Assembly: GCA_965224485.1 (NCBI GenBank)
Contig: CBDCZH010000010.1
Coordinates: 256,001 to 320,000 of the forward strand
Direction of reading: 5' to 3'
DNA: 64,000 bases
Origin: Arcobacteraceae bacterium
Lineage (GTDB): Bacteria > Campylobacterota > Campylobacteria > Campylobacterales > Arcobacteraceae
Shown piece by piece: positions 19,514 through 29,955 of this stretch. A program made the position numbers and the translations under genes. How positions within the stretch are numbered: the stretch's first letter is position 1; each line of letters begins with the position of its first letter. The notes under the pieces are model-generated. The model made no database searches. It was not told where the DNA came from and worked only from the letters and a program-made list of their open reading frames with translations.

Positions 19514-20886
19514 GTTTAAATTTACTTTTATTAGATCATCGAGGAAAGTATTTGAGTAGCTTTTCTGATTCAGAGGAACTTAAAATACACACTGCATATG
19601 TTGCTCATAATGATATTAAAAATAAGTATAAAGAAGAGGCTGCTGAAGTATCAGTTATATCTTATGATGATATAACTAATAATACTAAAATAAAACATTC
19701 CTATTCTGAACTTAATTCTTATGAATATATGATGCATAAAGTGATACGATACACAAAAAGACAAATTACCAATATAAATAATATAAATTATTTATATTAT
19801 GTGCATTTGTCTTTTTGGATAGATTTTTTTGATAATAATGATATAGATTTAATATTTAGTGAAGGAGAAAGTGGTCAAATTGATTTGAAAATACCAATGG
19901 AAGTGGCTAAGTCTAGAAATATTAAAGTTTTAGTTATGGAAAATATCACTGCTTCAAATGATACATGGATTCATGCATTAAAAGATTATAATACAAAAGA
20001 ATTTATTGATTTTAGTAGAACATCATGGGTATATCCTGAAGGGATTTTGGGTAATCATTTATACAATAGCAATCATTACAAAAAAAAGAATAAGATTCCA
20101 TTTAGAGAAAAGATTTCTTTATTTGCATATAGTAAACTTGGCGTAAAATTGTTTGGAGTTGCTGATTTATTTCTAGATTTAAAAGTTAATTTTGCTAGAC
20201 AACAAATTGGAAGACATGAATTATCGGAATGGTACTCAAAAGTAGATAGTGTGGAAAAACACTACAAGTCTTTAACTGTAAAAGAAGTTGATTTTGATTT
20301 AAAATATATATACTATCCTTTACATTATGAGCCAGAAGCTAGTTTTGATAGTAGAATTGATTTACCAAGTCAGTTACTTGCTATAAAAATGATAAGTGAT
20401 GAACTTCCTGATGGTTGGAAACTATATGTTAAAGAACATCCTAGTCAATATGATATATTTAATTATAAAAGATGGTATTATACTATTAACTATACAAATT
20501 ATAAGGATAACTCATTTTATGATTTTATGAATAAATTAGAAAATGTAGAAATTTTAAGTTCGGATGTAGAATCTAAGGAACTTATTGATAGCGCTGCGTG
20601 TGTAGTTACATTTGTAGGTACAGTTGCATATGAGGCTATCAATCAAAAAAAACCATTAATGATTTTTGCTTCAGAAGCAAGCCCTCTTCAATACTGTGAA
20701 GATGTATTTAAAATTAAATCACCTTCTGATATTAATTTGGCAGTAAATAAACTTAAAAATAACTTTATTCCAAATTATAATGATTATGAAGAAATTGAAA
20801 AAAAATATTTTTTTGAACAAAATAAAGAAACTGAAGAACCTAAAATTCCGCCAAATATCTTAATAGAAGCACTTAACCAATTTTAA
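19510..20886 (+). CDS. KpsS/capsule-synthesis-like glycosyltransferase (candidate ulosonic acid transferase)
   Basis: YYPLHYEPEAS, YVKEHP, GTVAYEA. Confidence 0.65.
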   Translation: MSLNLLLLDHRGKYLSSFSDSEELKIHTAYVAHNDIKNKYKEEAAEVSVISYDDITNNTKIKHSYSELNSYEYMMHKVIRYTKRQITNINNINYLYYVHLSFWIDFFDNNDIDLIFSEGESGQIDLKIPMEVAKSRNIKVLVMENITASNDTWIHALKDYNTKEFIDFSRTSWVYPEGILGNHLYNSNHYKKKNKIPFREKISLFAYSKLGVKLFGVADLFLDLKVNFARQQIGRHELSEWYSKVDSVEKHYKSLTVKEVDFDLKYIYYPLHYEPEASFDSRIDLPSQLLAIKMISDELPDGWKLYVKEHPSQYDIFNYKRWYYTINYTNYKDNSFYDFMNKLENVEILSSDVESKELIDSAACVVTFVGTVAYEAINQKKPLMIFASEASPLQYCEDVFKIKSPSDINLAVNKLKNNFIPNYNDYEEIEKKYFFEQNKETEEPKIPPNILIEALNQF

Positions 20887-20897
20887 AAGGAAGAATA

Positions 20898-21701
20898 ATG
20901 GCACTTAAACAATTAAATAAAAAAGCAGATGAAAATTTTTGGGATGGACAGTGGAATCAAAATTCTTTTGAAAAGGCCGTTACTTATGTTAATAGTTTTA
21001 AGCAATATCAAATTACAAAAGAATATACAGATAAGACATTACCTGTATTAGAAGGCGGTTGTGGTCTATCACAATGGGTATATGCTATGCATCATGAAGG
21101 TTATAATATAATCGGTGTCGATTATGCAAAAAAAACTGTAGAGAGAGTGAAAAATCTTGTTCCAGAGTTAGATATTAGAGAAGGTAACGTGTTTGAATTA
21201 GATTTTCCTGATGGATATTTTGGAACATATTGTAGCTGGGGCGTTGTAGAACATTTTGAAGATGGACCAGAACCTATATTGGAAGAAGCATATAGAGTTA
21301 TTGCAAAAAATGGTTATTTTTTAGTTTCTGTTCCTTTTTTAAATCCAGCGAGAAAAAAAGCTTATAAAGGTTTGGGATTTATTGGACAAGGTGAATTTTA
21401 TCAATATATGTTTGATGAGTTAGAATTTAAAGAAAAACTGGAAAAAGTAGGATTTAAAGTCGAGGATACATACAAATTAAATTGGGTTAAATCGTATAAG
21501 GAAGTTTTAAAATATACAAAAAAAACTAAAGATATAATTAATATTCCTACTGATAATATAAATATACAAAAAAGTATAGAATTTAAAGGTGATAATATTA
21601 TTAAAAAATCTATAAAAAGAATGATTATAAAGCTAGAGGATAATCAATTAATTACAAAAAACTACGGACATATGATACTTTTTGTTGCCAAAAAGATTTA
21701 A
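20898..21701 (+). CDS. Class I SAM-dependent methyltransferase
   Basis: VLEGGCGL, GVVEHF, VSVPF. Confidence 0.8.
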   Translation: MALKQLNKKADENFWDGQWNQNSFEKAVTYVNSFKQYQITKEYTDKTLPVLEGGCGLSQWVYAMHHEGYNIIGVDYAKKTVERVKNLVPELDIREGNVFELDFPDGYFGTYCSWGVVEHFEDGPEPILEEAYRVIAKNGYFLVSVPFLNPARKKAYKGLGFIGQGEFYQYMFDELEFKEKLEKVGFKVEDTYKLNWVKSYKEVLKYTKKTKDIINIPTDNINIQKSIEFKGDNIIKKSIKRMIIKLEDNQLITKNYGHMILFVAKKI

Positions 21702-21703
21702 TA

Positions 21704-22708
21704 GTGAGTGGACCACAAAATTTTTTATCAAGGCTTCAAAAAGAGTTGGTAAAATATGAATTACCCAGCCATGAAATTATAAATCCGCATCCTAAGAATA
21801 TTCATTTACTAGAAAAACAAGAAGTTTTGAAAGTTGGACGTTTAGATGGAGTAATGTATTATAAAATGACATCTAAAAATCTACAAAATTTGTTTATGCA
21901 AAGAAGAAATTTAAACTTAAATATATTAAATATGATTCCTGATAAATTAACAATGTTATTAACTGTACCATTTAATAAATATTTAAATAGAAATAATAAA
22001 GCAGTGTTAAATAAAAGTAATATTGTTGTATATCAAAGTGAACTATCAAAGAAAATGCATAATAAATTCATAGGAGTCAGCGAAAAACCTTCTAAAATAA
22101 TATTGAATGGAGTTCCAACTGATATATTCTATCCTCAAAAGGAATTCCTAAAACTAGAAGGATATCCAAAACTTGTTATAACAGCATCATTTAGATTACA
22201 CAAAAGACTTCATGATGCTATATTTATAACAAATAATTTAAAACAAAAATATCCAAATATAAAACTTCATGTAATTGGAGATATGGATAATCTTACAAAA
22301 GAATATATTGGTGAATTGAATACTTTAAATTGTATATTTCATGGAAGGGTAAAAAGCGATGACCTATTAAAGTTCTATAGTTCTTGTGATGTTGGATTGT
22401 CTTTATGCATTTTTGATTCTTGTCCTAATAGTGTGGTAGAAATGATGGGGTGTGGACTACCAGTAATTACAAATTCACAAAGTGGTGCAAGTGAATTGTT
22501 AAAACACAAAGATCTAATTGTTTTGGATGAATTCGATATTGATTTTATAGAAATTCAAACTGCAGAAAAGCTTCCAATAGTTGATATTGTAAAATGGAGT
22601 GAATCTATAGAAAAAGTATTAGAAAAGAAAAGATTATACAGTGATTATATCCTTCAAAGAGTTGAAGAAGAATTAAATATAAAAAAAGTTGCAAAAAAAA
22701 TATGCTGA
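21704..22708 (+). CDS. GT4 glycosyltransferase (C-terminus probably frameshifted at A8, 22693-22700)
   Basis: ILNGV, HKRL, DSCPNSVVEMMGCGLPVI. Confidence 0.8.
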   Translation: MSGPQNFLSRLQKELVKYELPSHEIINPHPKNIHLLEKQEVLKVGRLDGVMYYKMTSKNLQNLFMQRRNLNLNILNMIPDKLTMLLTVPFNKYLNRNNKAVLNKSNIVVYQSELSKKMHNKFIGVSEKPSKIILNGVPTDIFYPQKEFLKLEGYPKLVITASFRLHKRLHDAIFITNNLKQKYPNIKLHVIGDMDNLTKEYIGELNTLNCIFHGRVKSDDLLKFYSSCDVGLSLCIFDSCPNSVVEMMGCGLPVITNSQSGASELLKHKDLIVLDEFDIDFIEIQTAEKLPIVDIVKWSESIEKVLEKKRLYSDYILQRVEEELNIKKVAKKIC

Positions 22709-22728
22709 CTTTATAATGGAAAATCAAT

Positions 22729-23499
22729 ATGCCAATTGTTAGTGTTGTTATGTCCGTTTATAATGGTGAAAAATATCTTGAAAGAGCTATAGTCTCTATA
22801 CTTAACCAGACATTTATAGATTTTGAATTTATTATCATTAATGATGGTTCAACAGATAGTAGTTTAGAAATATTACAAAGATATCAAGATCCTAGAATAC
22901 TTTTAATTAATCAAAAGAACAAAGGTTTAACTAAAAGTTTGAATATAGGAATACAAAAAGCGAAAGGTAAATATATAGCTAGACAAGATGCCGATGATGT
23001 ATCATTATTTACTAGATTAGAAAAACAAGTTGCATTCCTAGAAAATAGAGAAGATGTGGTTCTTTTGGGTACAAGAGTATTTGAGATAAATGGTTCTAAC
23101 AAAACAATTGGTAGATACTTTAATGAAGAGGAAATTAACAAACGAGTGTACATGTATAATCCTATTGCGCATGCAAGTGCAATCATTCGTAAAGATGCCT
23201 TTGAACGTATCGGTTTATATGATGTGTCATTTTCAACTTCACAAGATTTTGATGCATGGATACGATTGGCTGAGTTTGGTAAAATTGCTATGCTTGAAGA
23301 ACCATTATTAGAATATTATATACACGAGGATTCAGTTAGTTCCAAAAAATATTTGAAGCAAGTTATGAACTCTTACAGAGCTAGAAATGGTAAAGTAAAT
23401 TTTTTTAAAAACTTAAAATTATCAAGCTATCAATTAATATCTAATAGCTTACCTAGTTGGATAATTCAATTAAAAAGAAAGTATTTTTTAAATGTGTAG
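22729..23499 (+). CDS. GT2 glycosyltransferase
   Basis: VSVVMSVYNGEKYL, INDGSTD, ARQDADD, RLEKQ. Confidence 0.9.
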   Translation: MPIVSVVMSVYNGEKYLERAIVSILNQTFIDFEFIIINDGSTDSSLEILQRYQDPRILLINQKNKGLTKSLNIGIQKAKGKYIARQDADDVSLFTRLEKQVAFLENREDVVLLGTRVFEINGSNKTIGRYFNEEEINKRVYMYNPIAHASAIIRKDAFERIGLYDVSFSTSQDFDAWIRLAEFGKIAMLEEPLLEYYIHEDSVSSKKYLKQVMNSYRARNGKVNFFKNLKLSSYQLISNSLPSWIIQLKRKYFLNV

Positions 23500-25298
23500 C
23501 ATATTAGGATACGTTAATACAAGACTTTCATATGAAGAGGTAGTCAAGCTAAATTTTACTATGTCTCATCGTGGGCCAGATGATTCTACTGTAAAAGAGT
23601 ATAGATTCAGGGAAACTAATATTATTTTGGCTCATAATAGACTATCAATACAAGACTTAGAATTGCATGCCAATCAACCCATGGAAAATGAAAATTATGT
23701 AATAGTTTTCAATGGTGAAATTTATAATCATCATGAATTAAGAAAAGAATGTAAAAATATTTGGAAAAGCACAAGTGATACTGAAACGTTATTGGAACTT
23801 TTTAGTGTATTTGGGATTGAAAAAAACATTGTCGAAGCTTATTGGTATGTTCTCTATAGGACTTTTTGATAAAGTTGAGCAAAAGCTTTATTTAATACGT
23901 GATAGAGTAGGAATAAAACCACTATATTATACATTACAAGATGGAGAATTTGCTTTTGCTAGTGAACTTAAAAGTTTTGCTGAACATTTAAAGAAAAGTA
24001 ATTCTAATAAAGCTCTTATCCAGTTTATGACACTAGGGTATACATCTAATGATAATAGTTATTATGAAAATATTAAAAAACTTCCAGCTGGTCAATATTT
24101 GATTTTTGATGGCCATGATGTAAATATTAAGGGCTATTGGGATTTACCAAAAGATAAAATTGATATTAGTTTTGAAGAATCTGTAGAAGAAACTGAAAGG
24201 TTGATCAGAAGTAGTATAAAGTATAGATTATTATCAGATGTTGAAGTAGGTAGTTTTTTAAGTGGGGGAGTTGATAGTAGTTTAGTAAGTGCAATCATGC
24301 AACAAGAGAGTCAAAATAAAATTAAAACATTTTCAATAGGTTTTGAAGATAAAGCTTATGATGAATCAATATATGCAAAGGAAGTAGCAAAGTATATATC
24401 TAGTGAACACTATGAATATATCTTTACCAAAAAAGATATGTTTAATCTTATAGAGAATATTGATTATTATTATGATGAACCTTTTGGTGATGCTTCAAGT
24501 TTACCAATGATGGTACTGTCTCAGATGACAAAAGAACATGTAACTGTTGCACTTAGTGGTGATGGAGGAGATGAACTATTCTTAGGATATAATAGGTATG
24601 CTACTACTGATAATTATTATAAAAAATTAGTCAAAATACCACAATCAATAAGAACAATAGCATCAATCGTAGGTAAATATTCAGGACAAGATAAACTGCA
24701 AAAAATGAGTTACCCACTTAAGAATTTAAGTGAACAAAGTTTATACTCTATTTTATATAGTTCAATAAAACCTTGGGAATTAAATAATTTGTTTAATCCT
24801 GAATTTTTAGAAGAATCATTTGGAAAAGTAGAACTTACTTTATTAGATATTTTAGAGTATAAGTTTGATGGTGATAATTTGATAGATAATCTAAGTAGAC
24901 TTGATTTTAAGAGATACTTAAGTGATGATATACTTACAAAAATTGACCGTGCCAGTATGGCTTATGGTTTAGAAGCTAGAGTTCCACTTCTTGATCATAG
25001 ATTGGTTGAATTTGCATATCGCTTACCTGCAGAATTGAAATTGAAAAAAGGACCAAAATCTATCCTTAAAGAGATACTTTATAATCAAATACCTAAGGAA
25101 TTAATTGAACGACCGAAAAGAGGATTCTCTGTTCCTTTGAAGGATTGGTTTAGAAAAGAATTAAAGGATATAGTTTATGATAAAATACAAAATTTAGATG
25201 CTAAATTTAATAAACAATATTTAAATAAAATATTTCATGAACATCAAAAAGGTAAAAACTTTGAATATGTATTATGGAATATATTAAGAATAAAATAA
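23492..25298 (+). pseudogene. asnB: Asparagine synthase-like glutamine amidotransferase, frameshifted at an A7 run (23820-23826)
   Basis: N-terminal Cys (MCSILG), HRGPD, FNGEIYN in ORF1; RDRVGIKPLY, LSGGVDSS, SGDGGDELF in ORF2. Removing one A restores FGIEKTLSKL. Confidence 0.8.
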
Positions 25299-25307
25299 GG
25301 AATAACC

Positions 25308-27008
25308 TTGAGTATGTATAAAAAACTAAATTCACTTTTAACAAAACATGATAGACAATTTCTACTATGTTTAATAGTTTTTTCTATTTTTATAGCAATA
25401 ATTGAGACTGTAGGAATAGCTTCTATTCTACCTTTTATATCAGTTGCTAGTGATTTTACTCTTATCGAGTCAAATGAGTATTATAAAAACGTGTATGAAT
25501 TTTTCAATTTTAAAAGTAATGTTAATTTTGTCGTAATGTTTGGAGTTATTCTCGTGTTTTTCTATATATTAAGAGGTATCTTGAATATTTTATATAGTTA
25601 TTTCTTATCAAAATTTTCTAGAGGAAGAACTCATCTTTTTGCATGTAGGCTTTTTAAAAGCTACTTAGGGATGAGCTATCACTATTTTATATCTAAAAAT
25701 AGCAGTGAATTAACAAAATCAATTATAACTGAAACTCATAATCTTTCAACAATACTATCTGTTTTATTACTTATGATGAGTGAACTTTTTGTAGTTGTCT
25801 TTATTTATTCTGCAATGTTGTATGTAAGTTGGAAAATTACACTAGTAATTACTATTTTTTTAGGTTTAAATGCTTTTTTTTTAATCAAAAAAATATCTCC
25901 AATTATAAAAAAACAAGGAACTGTAAGAGAATCAACACAAAAGACGTTTTTTGAAATTATTAATAGTACACTTGGAAATTTTAAAATTATTAAACTACAG
26001 TCAAATGGTAAGGTAATCTTAGATAGATTTAATCTTGCCAGCAATGATTTTGCAAAAAGTGGGATTATTACTGAAACATATTCTATTTTTCCTAGAGTTT
26101 TTTTAGAAACTTTGGGCTTTGCTTTATTATCTTTACTTGTTATGTATCTTGTCTTTAAAAATCAAAATGACATATCTTCAAGTATGGGAATACTTTCTAT
26201 GTTTATTTTGGGACTTTACCGGCTTATGCCTTCTGCAAATAGACTTTTAACTGGTTATAATCAGATGATGTATCAACATAAATCTCTTGATATAATTCAT
26301 GATAATCTTATGTATGATGGTGAGAATTTAGGCGAAGGGAAAATTAAATTTTCACATACAGTAAAATTGAAAAATCTTATTTTTGGATATAGTCAAGAAA
26401 AAATAATTCTTGAAAATGTAAATTTAGAGATCAATAAAGGTGAAAAAATAGCTTTTATCGGACCTAGTGGAAGCGGAAAAAGTACTTTGGTTGATATTAT
26501 TATAGGATTATACCAACCTTTAGCTGGTACAATCAATATTGATGAGATGATATTGAATGAAGTAAATATTAAAAACTGGAGAAAAAAAGTAGGATACATT
26601 CCTCAAAATGTTTATTTATTTGATGGTACAGTTGCACAAAATATATCATTTGGTCTTGAATTTGATGCTGAAAAAATTAAAGATGTATTAAATAAAGCAA
26701 AGATATTGAATTTTTTAGAAACACACCAAGATGGTATAGATACTTTCGTAGGTGAAGGTGGTGTTATGTTAAGTGGGGGACAAAAACAACGTATTGCGAT
26801 AGCACGTGCTTTATACCAAGAACCAGAAATATTAGTATTAGATGAAGCTACTTCTGCACTTGATACTGCCATTGAAAAAGAAATAATGAATGAAATATAT
26901 GATATAAGTGAAGATAAAACACTTATAATTATCGCACATAGGTTAAGTACGATAGATAGATGTGAAAAAGTGTATAAAATAGAAAATAAAAAATTGGTTT
27001 TACAATAG
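25308..27008 (+). CDS. PglK/WlaB/Wzk-type ABC flippase (TMD + NBD)
   Basis: Hydrophobic N-terminal half with YRLMPS; GPSGSGKST, LSGGQKQR, LDEATSALD, IAHRL. Confidence 0.88.
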   Translation: MSMYKKLNSLLTKHDRQFLLCLIVFSIFIAIIETVGIASILPFISVASDFTLIESNEYYKNVYEFFNFKSNVNFVVMFGVILVFFYILRGILNILYSYFLSKFSRGRTHLFACRLFKSYLGMSYHYFISKNSSELTKSIITETHNLSTILSVLLLMMSELFVVVFIYSAMLYVSWKITLVITIFLGLNAFFLIKKISPIIKKQGTVRESTQKTFFEIINSTLGNFKIIKLQSNGKVILDRFNLASNDFAKSGIITETYSIFPRVFLETLGFALLSLLVMYLVFKNQNDISSSMGILSMFILGLYRLMPSANRLLTGYNQMMYQHKSLDIIHDNLMYDGENLGEGKIKFSHTVKLKNLIFGYSQEKIILENVNLEINKGEKIAFIGPSGSGKSTLVDIIIGLYQPLAGTINIDEMILNEVNIKNWRKKVGYIPQNVYLFDGTVAQNISFGLEFDAEKIKDVLNKAKILNFLETHQDGIDTFVGEGGVMLSGGQKQRIAIARALYQEPEILVLDEATSALDTAIEKEIMNEIYDISEDKTLIIIAHRLSTIDRCEKVYKIENKKLVLQ

Positions 27009-28144
27009 TGAAACAGAAATTATCTATTTTGATTTATTCTCTTGCTTCTGGTGGAGCAGAAAGAGTTGTTTCTTTATTATTAAATAAGTTATCTAGTAGG
27101 TATAATATTACTTTAGTTCTTATGAATAAAATTATTTTTTACTCAATTCCTTCTAATATAAGTATAATATATCTTGAAAAATCTTTTTCTGATGAGTATG
27201 GAATATATAAACTATTTAAGTTACCTATTCTTTCATGGAAGTATAAAAAAATATGTAAAGAGAATGATATAGATGTGAGTTTGTCATTCATGAATAGACC
27301 AAATTATATAAATACACTATCCAAGCTATTCAAAAATAAGGCTAAGATTGTTATTAGCGAGAGAGCTATGCCTTCAATTCAACATAAAAATGGTATTCAG
27401 GGTTTTGTAAATAGAATGATGATAAAACTTTTCTATCCTTTAGCTGATATAGTTACTTCTAATTCACAAGGAAATGCTTTTGATTTAAAAAAGAACTTTT
27501 TTATAAAAAAAGTTATTACTATTAATAATCCATGTGATTTTAATTTAATGGATAAATTATCTAATAAAGATTTATGCTTAGATAAAAGAAAATTTAAATT
27601 TATAACAATTGGACGGTTAGATAGAGGAAAAAATCATAAACTTTTAATTGAATCAATGAGAAAAGTAGATGCAATTTTATATATTATTGGTGATGGGCTA
27701 TTAAAAGATGAATTATCTAATCTAATTAAAGAATATAAGTTAGAGAAGAAAGTTTTTTTACTTGGACTAAAAGAAAATATATATACTTATTTATCTAAAT
27801 GCGATTGTTTTTTATTTAGTTCAAATTATGAGGGTTTTCCTAATGTAATATTAGAAGCTTTATCTTCTGGATTGGCAGTTATCAGTACAGATTGTAAAAG
27901 TGGACCGAGAGAAATTTTAGCTCCTTTAACAGATAATTTTTTTCAGATTAAAGATACTATTGAATTGGCTGAATATGGGATACTAACTCCTATTAATGAT
28001 GAAAAAAATTTATTAAAAGCTATGAATTTAATTATAAAAGATAAAAAGTTACTACATAGTTATATTAAAAAAGCTATAATTAGAGCAAAGGATTTTGCTA
28101 CAGATAAAATAGTTAATCAGTATAGAAAGGTAATAGAAAGCTAA
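27008..28144 (+). CDS. GT4 glycosyltransferase (PglJ/PglH-like)
   Basis: SLASGGAERVV, ISER, EGFPNVILEAL, DCKSGPREIL. Confidence 0.85.
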   Translation: MKQKLSILIYSLASGGAERVVSLLLNKLSSRYNITLVLMNKIIFYSIPSNISIIYLEKSFSDEYGIYKLFKLPILSWKYKKICKENDIDVSLSFMNRPNYINTLSKLFKNKAKIVISERAMPSIQHKNGIQGFVNRMMIKLFYPLADIVTSNSQGNAFDLKKNFFIKKVITINNPCDFNLMDKLSNKDLCLDKRKFKFITIGRLDRGKNHKLLIESMRKVDAILYIIGDGLLKDELSNLIKEYKLEKKVFLLGLKENIYTYLSKCDCFLFSSNYEGFPNVILEALSSGLAVISTDCKSGPREILAPLTDNFFQIKDTIELAEYGILTPINDEKNLLKAMNLIIKDKKLLHSYIKKAIIRAKDFATDKIVNQYRKVIES

Positions 28145-29955
28145 TGTGTGGAATAGCAGGAACAATCAATTTTAATGATAGTAAAATAGAAGATATTAAG
28201 CAATCTTTATATCATCGTGGACCAAATGAACAAAATATCTATTCCTCCAATAATACAAATTTAATCCATACTAGACTAGCTGTTCAAGATATATCAAATG
28301 GTCACCAACCCTTTGAATATAAAAATTTTGTAATAGTGTTCAATGGTGAAATATATAATCATATGTATTTGCGACAGGAGTATCTTAAAGATTTTGTATT
28401 TACTACAACTTCTGATACAGAAACTTTACTATTTCTTTATATAAAATATCAAAATAAAATGTTTGATATGATTGATGGGATGTTTGCATTTTGTATTTTG
28501 GATAAACTTCATAATAAATTAATACTTTCTCGTGATAGGGCAGGTAAAAAACCACTATATTTATATAAGAATAATAATAGTATCTTGTTTGCTAGTGAAT
28601 TAAATGCTATAAAAGCGGGTGTAGAAAACTTAAAAATAGATGAAGAACAAATATCTACATATTTGCGAAATGGTTTTTTCTTTAAAACAATAACACCATA
28701 TAAAAATGTATCAGAAGTAGAAGCTGGTTTTATATATGAAATCAATATTAATACATTAGAAATAAAAAAAGAAAAATACTTTGACATATTAGACTTTTAT
28801 AAAAAAGATAAAATTACTGATTTTGAAATTGCAAAAAATAAACTTGATGACATTTTACATAAAAGTGTAAAAGATAGACTACTTTCATCTGATTTAGAAG
28901 TTGGTGCATTTTTAAGTGGAGGCATTGATAGTTCATTAATAGTGGCTGTTGCAAGTAAATATGTAAATAAGCTTAAAACTTTTACAGTTAAATTTGATGG
29001 ATCTTTTGATGAGTCGCATTTAGCAAAACTAACAGCAAATAAATATAATACAGAACATTATGAATTAAATATAAGCATGAATCTAAAAGATGATATAGAA
29101 AAGATACTTTTAAATTATGGGGAACCTTTTATGGATAGTAGTGCTATCCCTAGCTATTATGTGAGTAAAGAGGCTAAAAAATATGTAACAGTTATCCTTA
29201 ATGGTGATGGAGCGGATGAGATATTTGGTGGGTACAGAAGATATGTCCCAATAGCGAATAACTGGGTAAGATTAGCTTCTTATTTCTCATCTTTAACTAA
29301 AATACTACCAAAGCCACATACTAAAAAATCTATTTATAATTATGCCTATAGATTGTTAGCTATGTCTGGTAAAAGTGGCTTAGACTTTTATAATAGTGCC
29401 ACAAATGATATATTTGAAGATGTTTATAATTTTGACAAGAATAATATGATTAATAGTATGGATAATTTTATAAGATCTATTGAAAATGATAATATATCAG
29501 AGCTATCTAAGATATTGTATATGGATTTTAATTTGATATTACAAAGTGATTTATTAAAAAAAATGGATATAGCTACTATGACTCATTCTCTAGAAGGGAG
29601 AAGCCCTTTTATGAGTAAATATATGTTAGAGTTTGCTCCCCGACTGGCTGATAAATTTAAAATAAAAGGAACAACTACAAAGTATCTTTTAAGAGAATTA
29701 TCAAAACAATATTTACCAAGTGATTTGATAAATCAACCAAAACGAGGATTTGAGATACCTCTTAAGTCTTGGATAGAAAATGACTTAAAAGAAAATATTT
29801 TTGATGCTTTAAATAGTAATTGTTATAGTGAAGGTTTTATAGATAAAAAATTTATAAACGATTTGCTAAATAAAAAAATTAATGTATCTGATGAAAAAAG
29901 AGCAAAAATGCTTTGGACTATGTATAGTTTAGAAGTTTGGAAGAAAAATCAATGA
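28144..29955 (+). CDS. asnB: Asparagine synthase-like glutamine amidotransferase (second, intact copy)
   Basis: MCGIAG, HRGP, FNGEIYN, LSGGIDSS, GDGADEIFGGY. Confidence 0.9.
   Translation: MCGIAGTINFNDSKIEDIKQSLYHRGPNEQNIYSSNNTNLIHTRLAVQDISNGHQPFEYKNFVIVFNGEIYNHMYLRQEYLKDFVFTTTSDTETLLFLYIKYQNKMFDMIDGMFAFCILDKLHNKLILSRDRAGKKPLYLYKNNNSILFASELNAIKAGVENLKIDEEQISTYLRNGFFFKTITPYKNVSEVEAGFIYEININTLEIKKEKYFDILDFYKKDKITDFEIAKNKLDDILHKSVKDRLLSSDLEVGAFLSGGIDSSLIVAVASKYVNKLKTFTVKFDGSFDESHLAKLTANKYNTEHYELNISMNLKDDIEKILLNYGEPFMDSSAIPSYYVSKEAKKYVTVILNGDGADEIFGGYRRYVPIANNWVRLASYFSSLTKILPKPHTKKSIYNYAYRLLAMSGKSGLDFYNSATNDIFEDVYNFDKNNMINSMDNFIRSIENDNISELSKILYMDFNLILQSDLLKKMDIATMTHSLEGRSPFMSKYMLEFAPRLADKFKIKGTTTKYLLRELSKQYLPSDLINQPKRGFEIPLKSWIENDLKENIFDALNSNCYSEGFIDKKFINDLLNKKINVSDEKRAKMLWTMYSLEVWKKNQ

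Noticed and set aside
12510..25298. Split aminotransferase and asnB ORFs as four separate genes
   Set aside because: Each pair rejoins into one full-length protein by a single-base change in an A run
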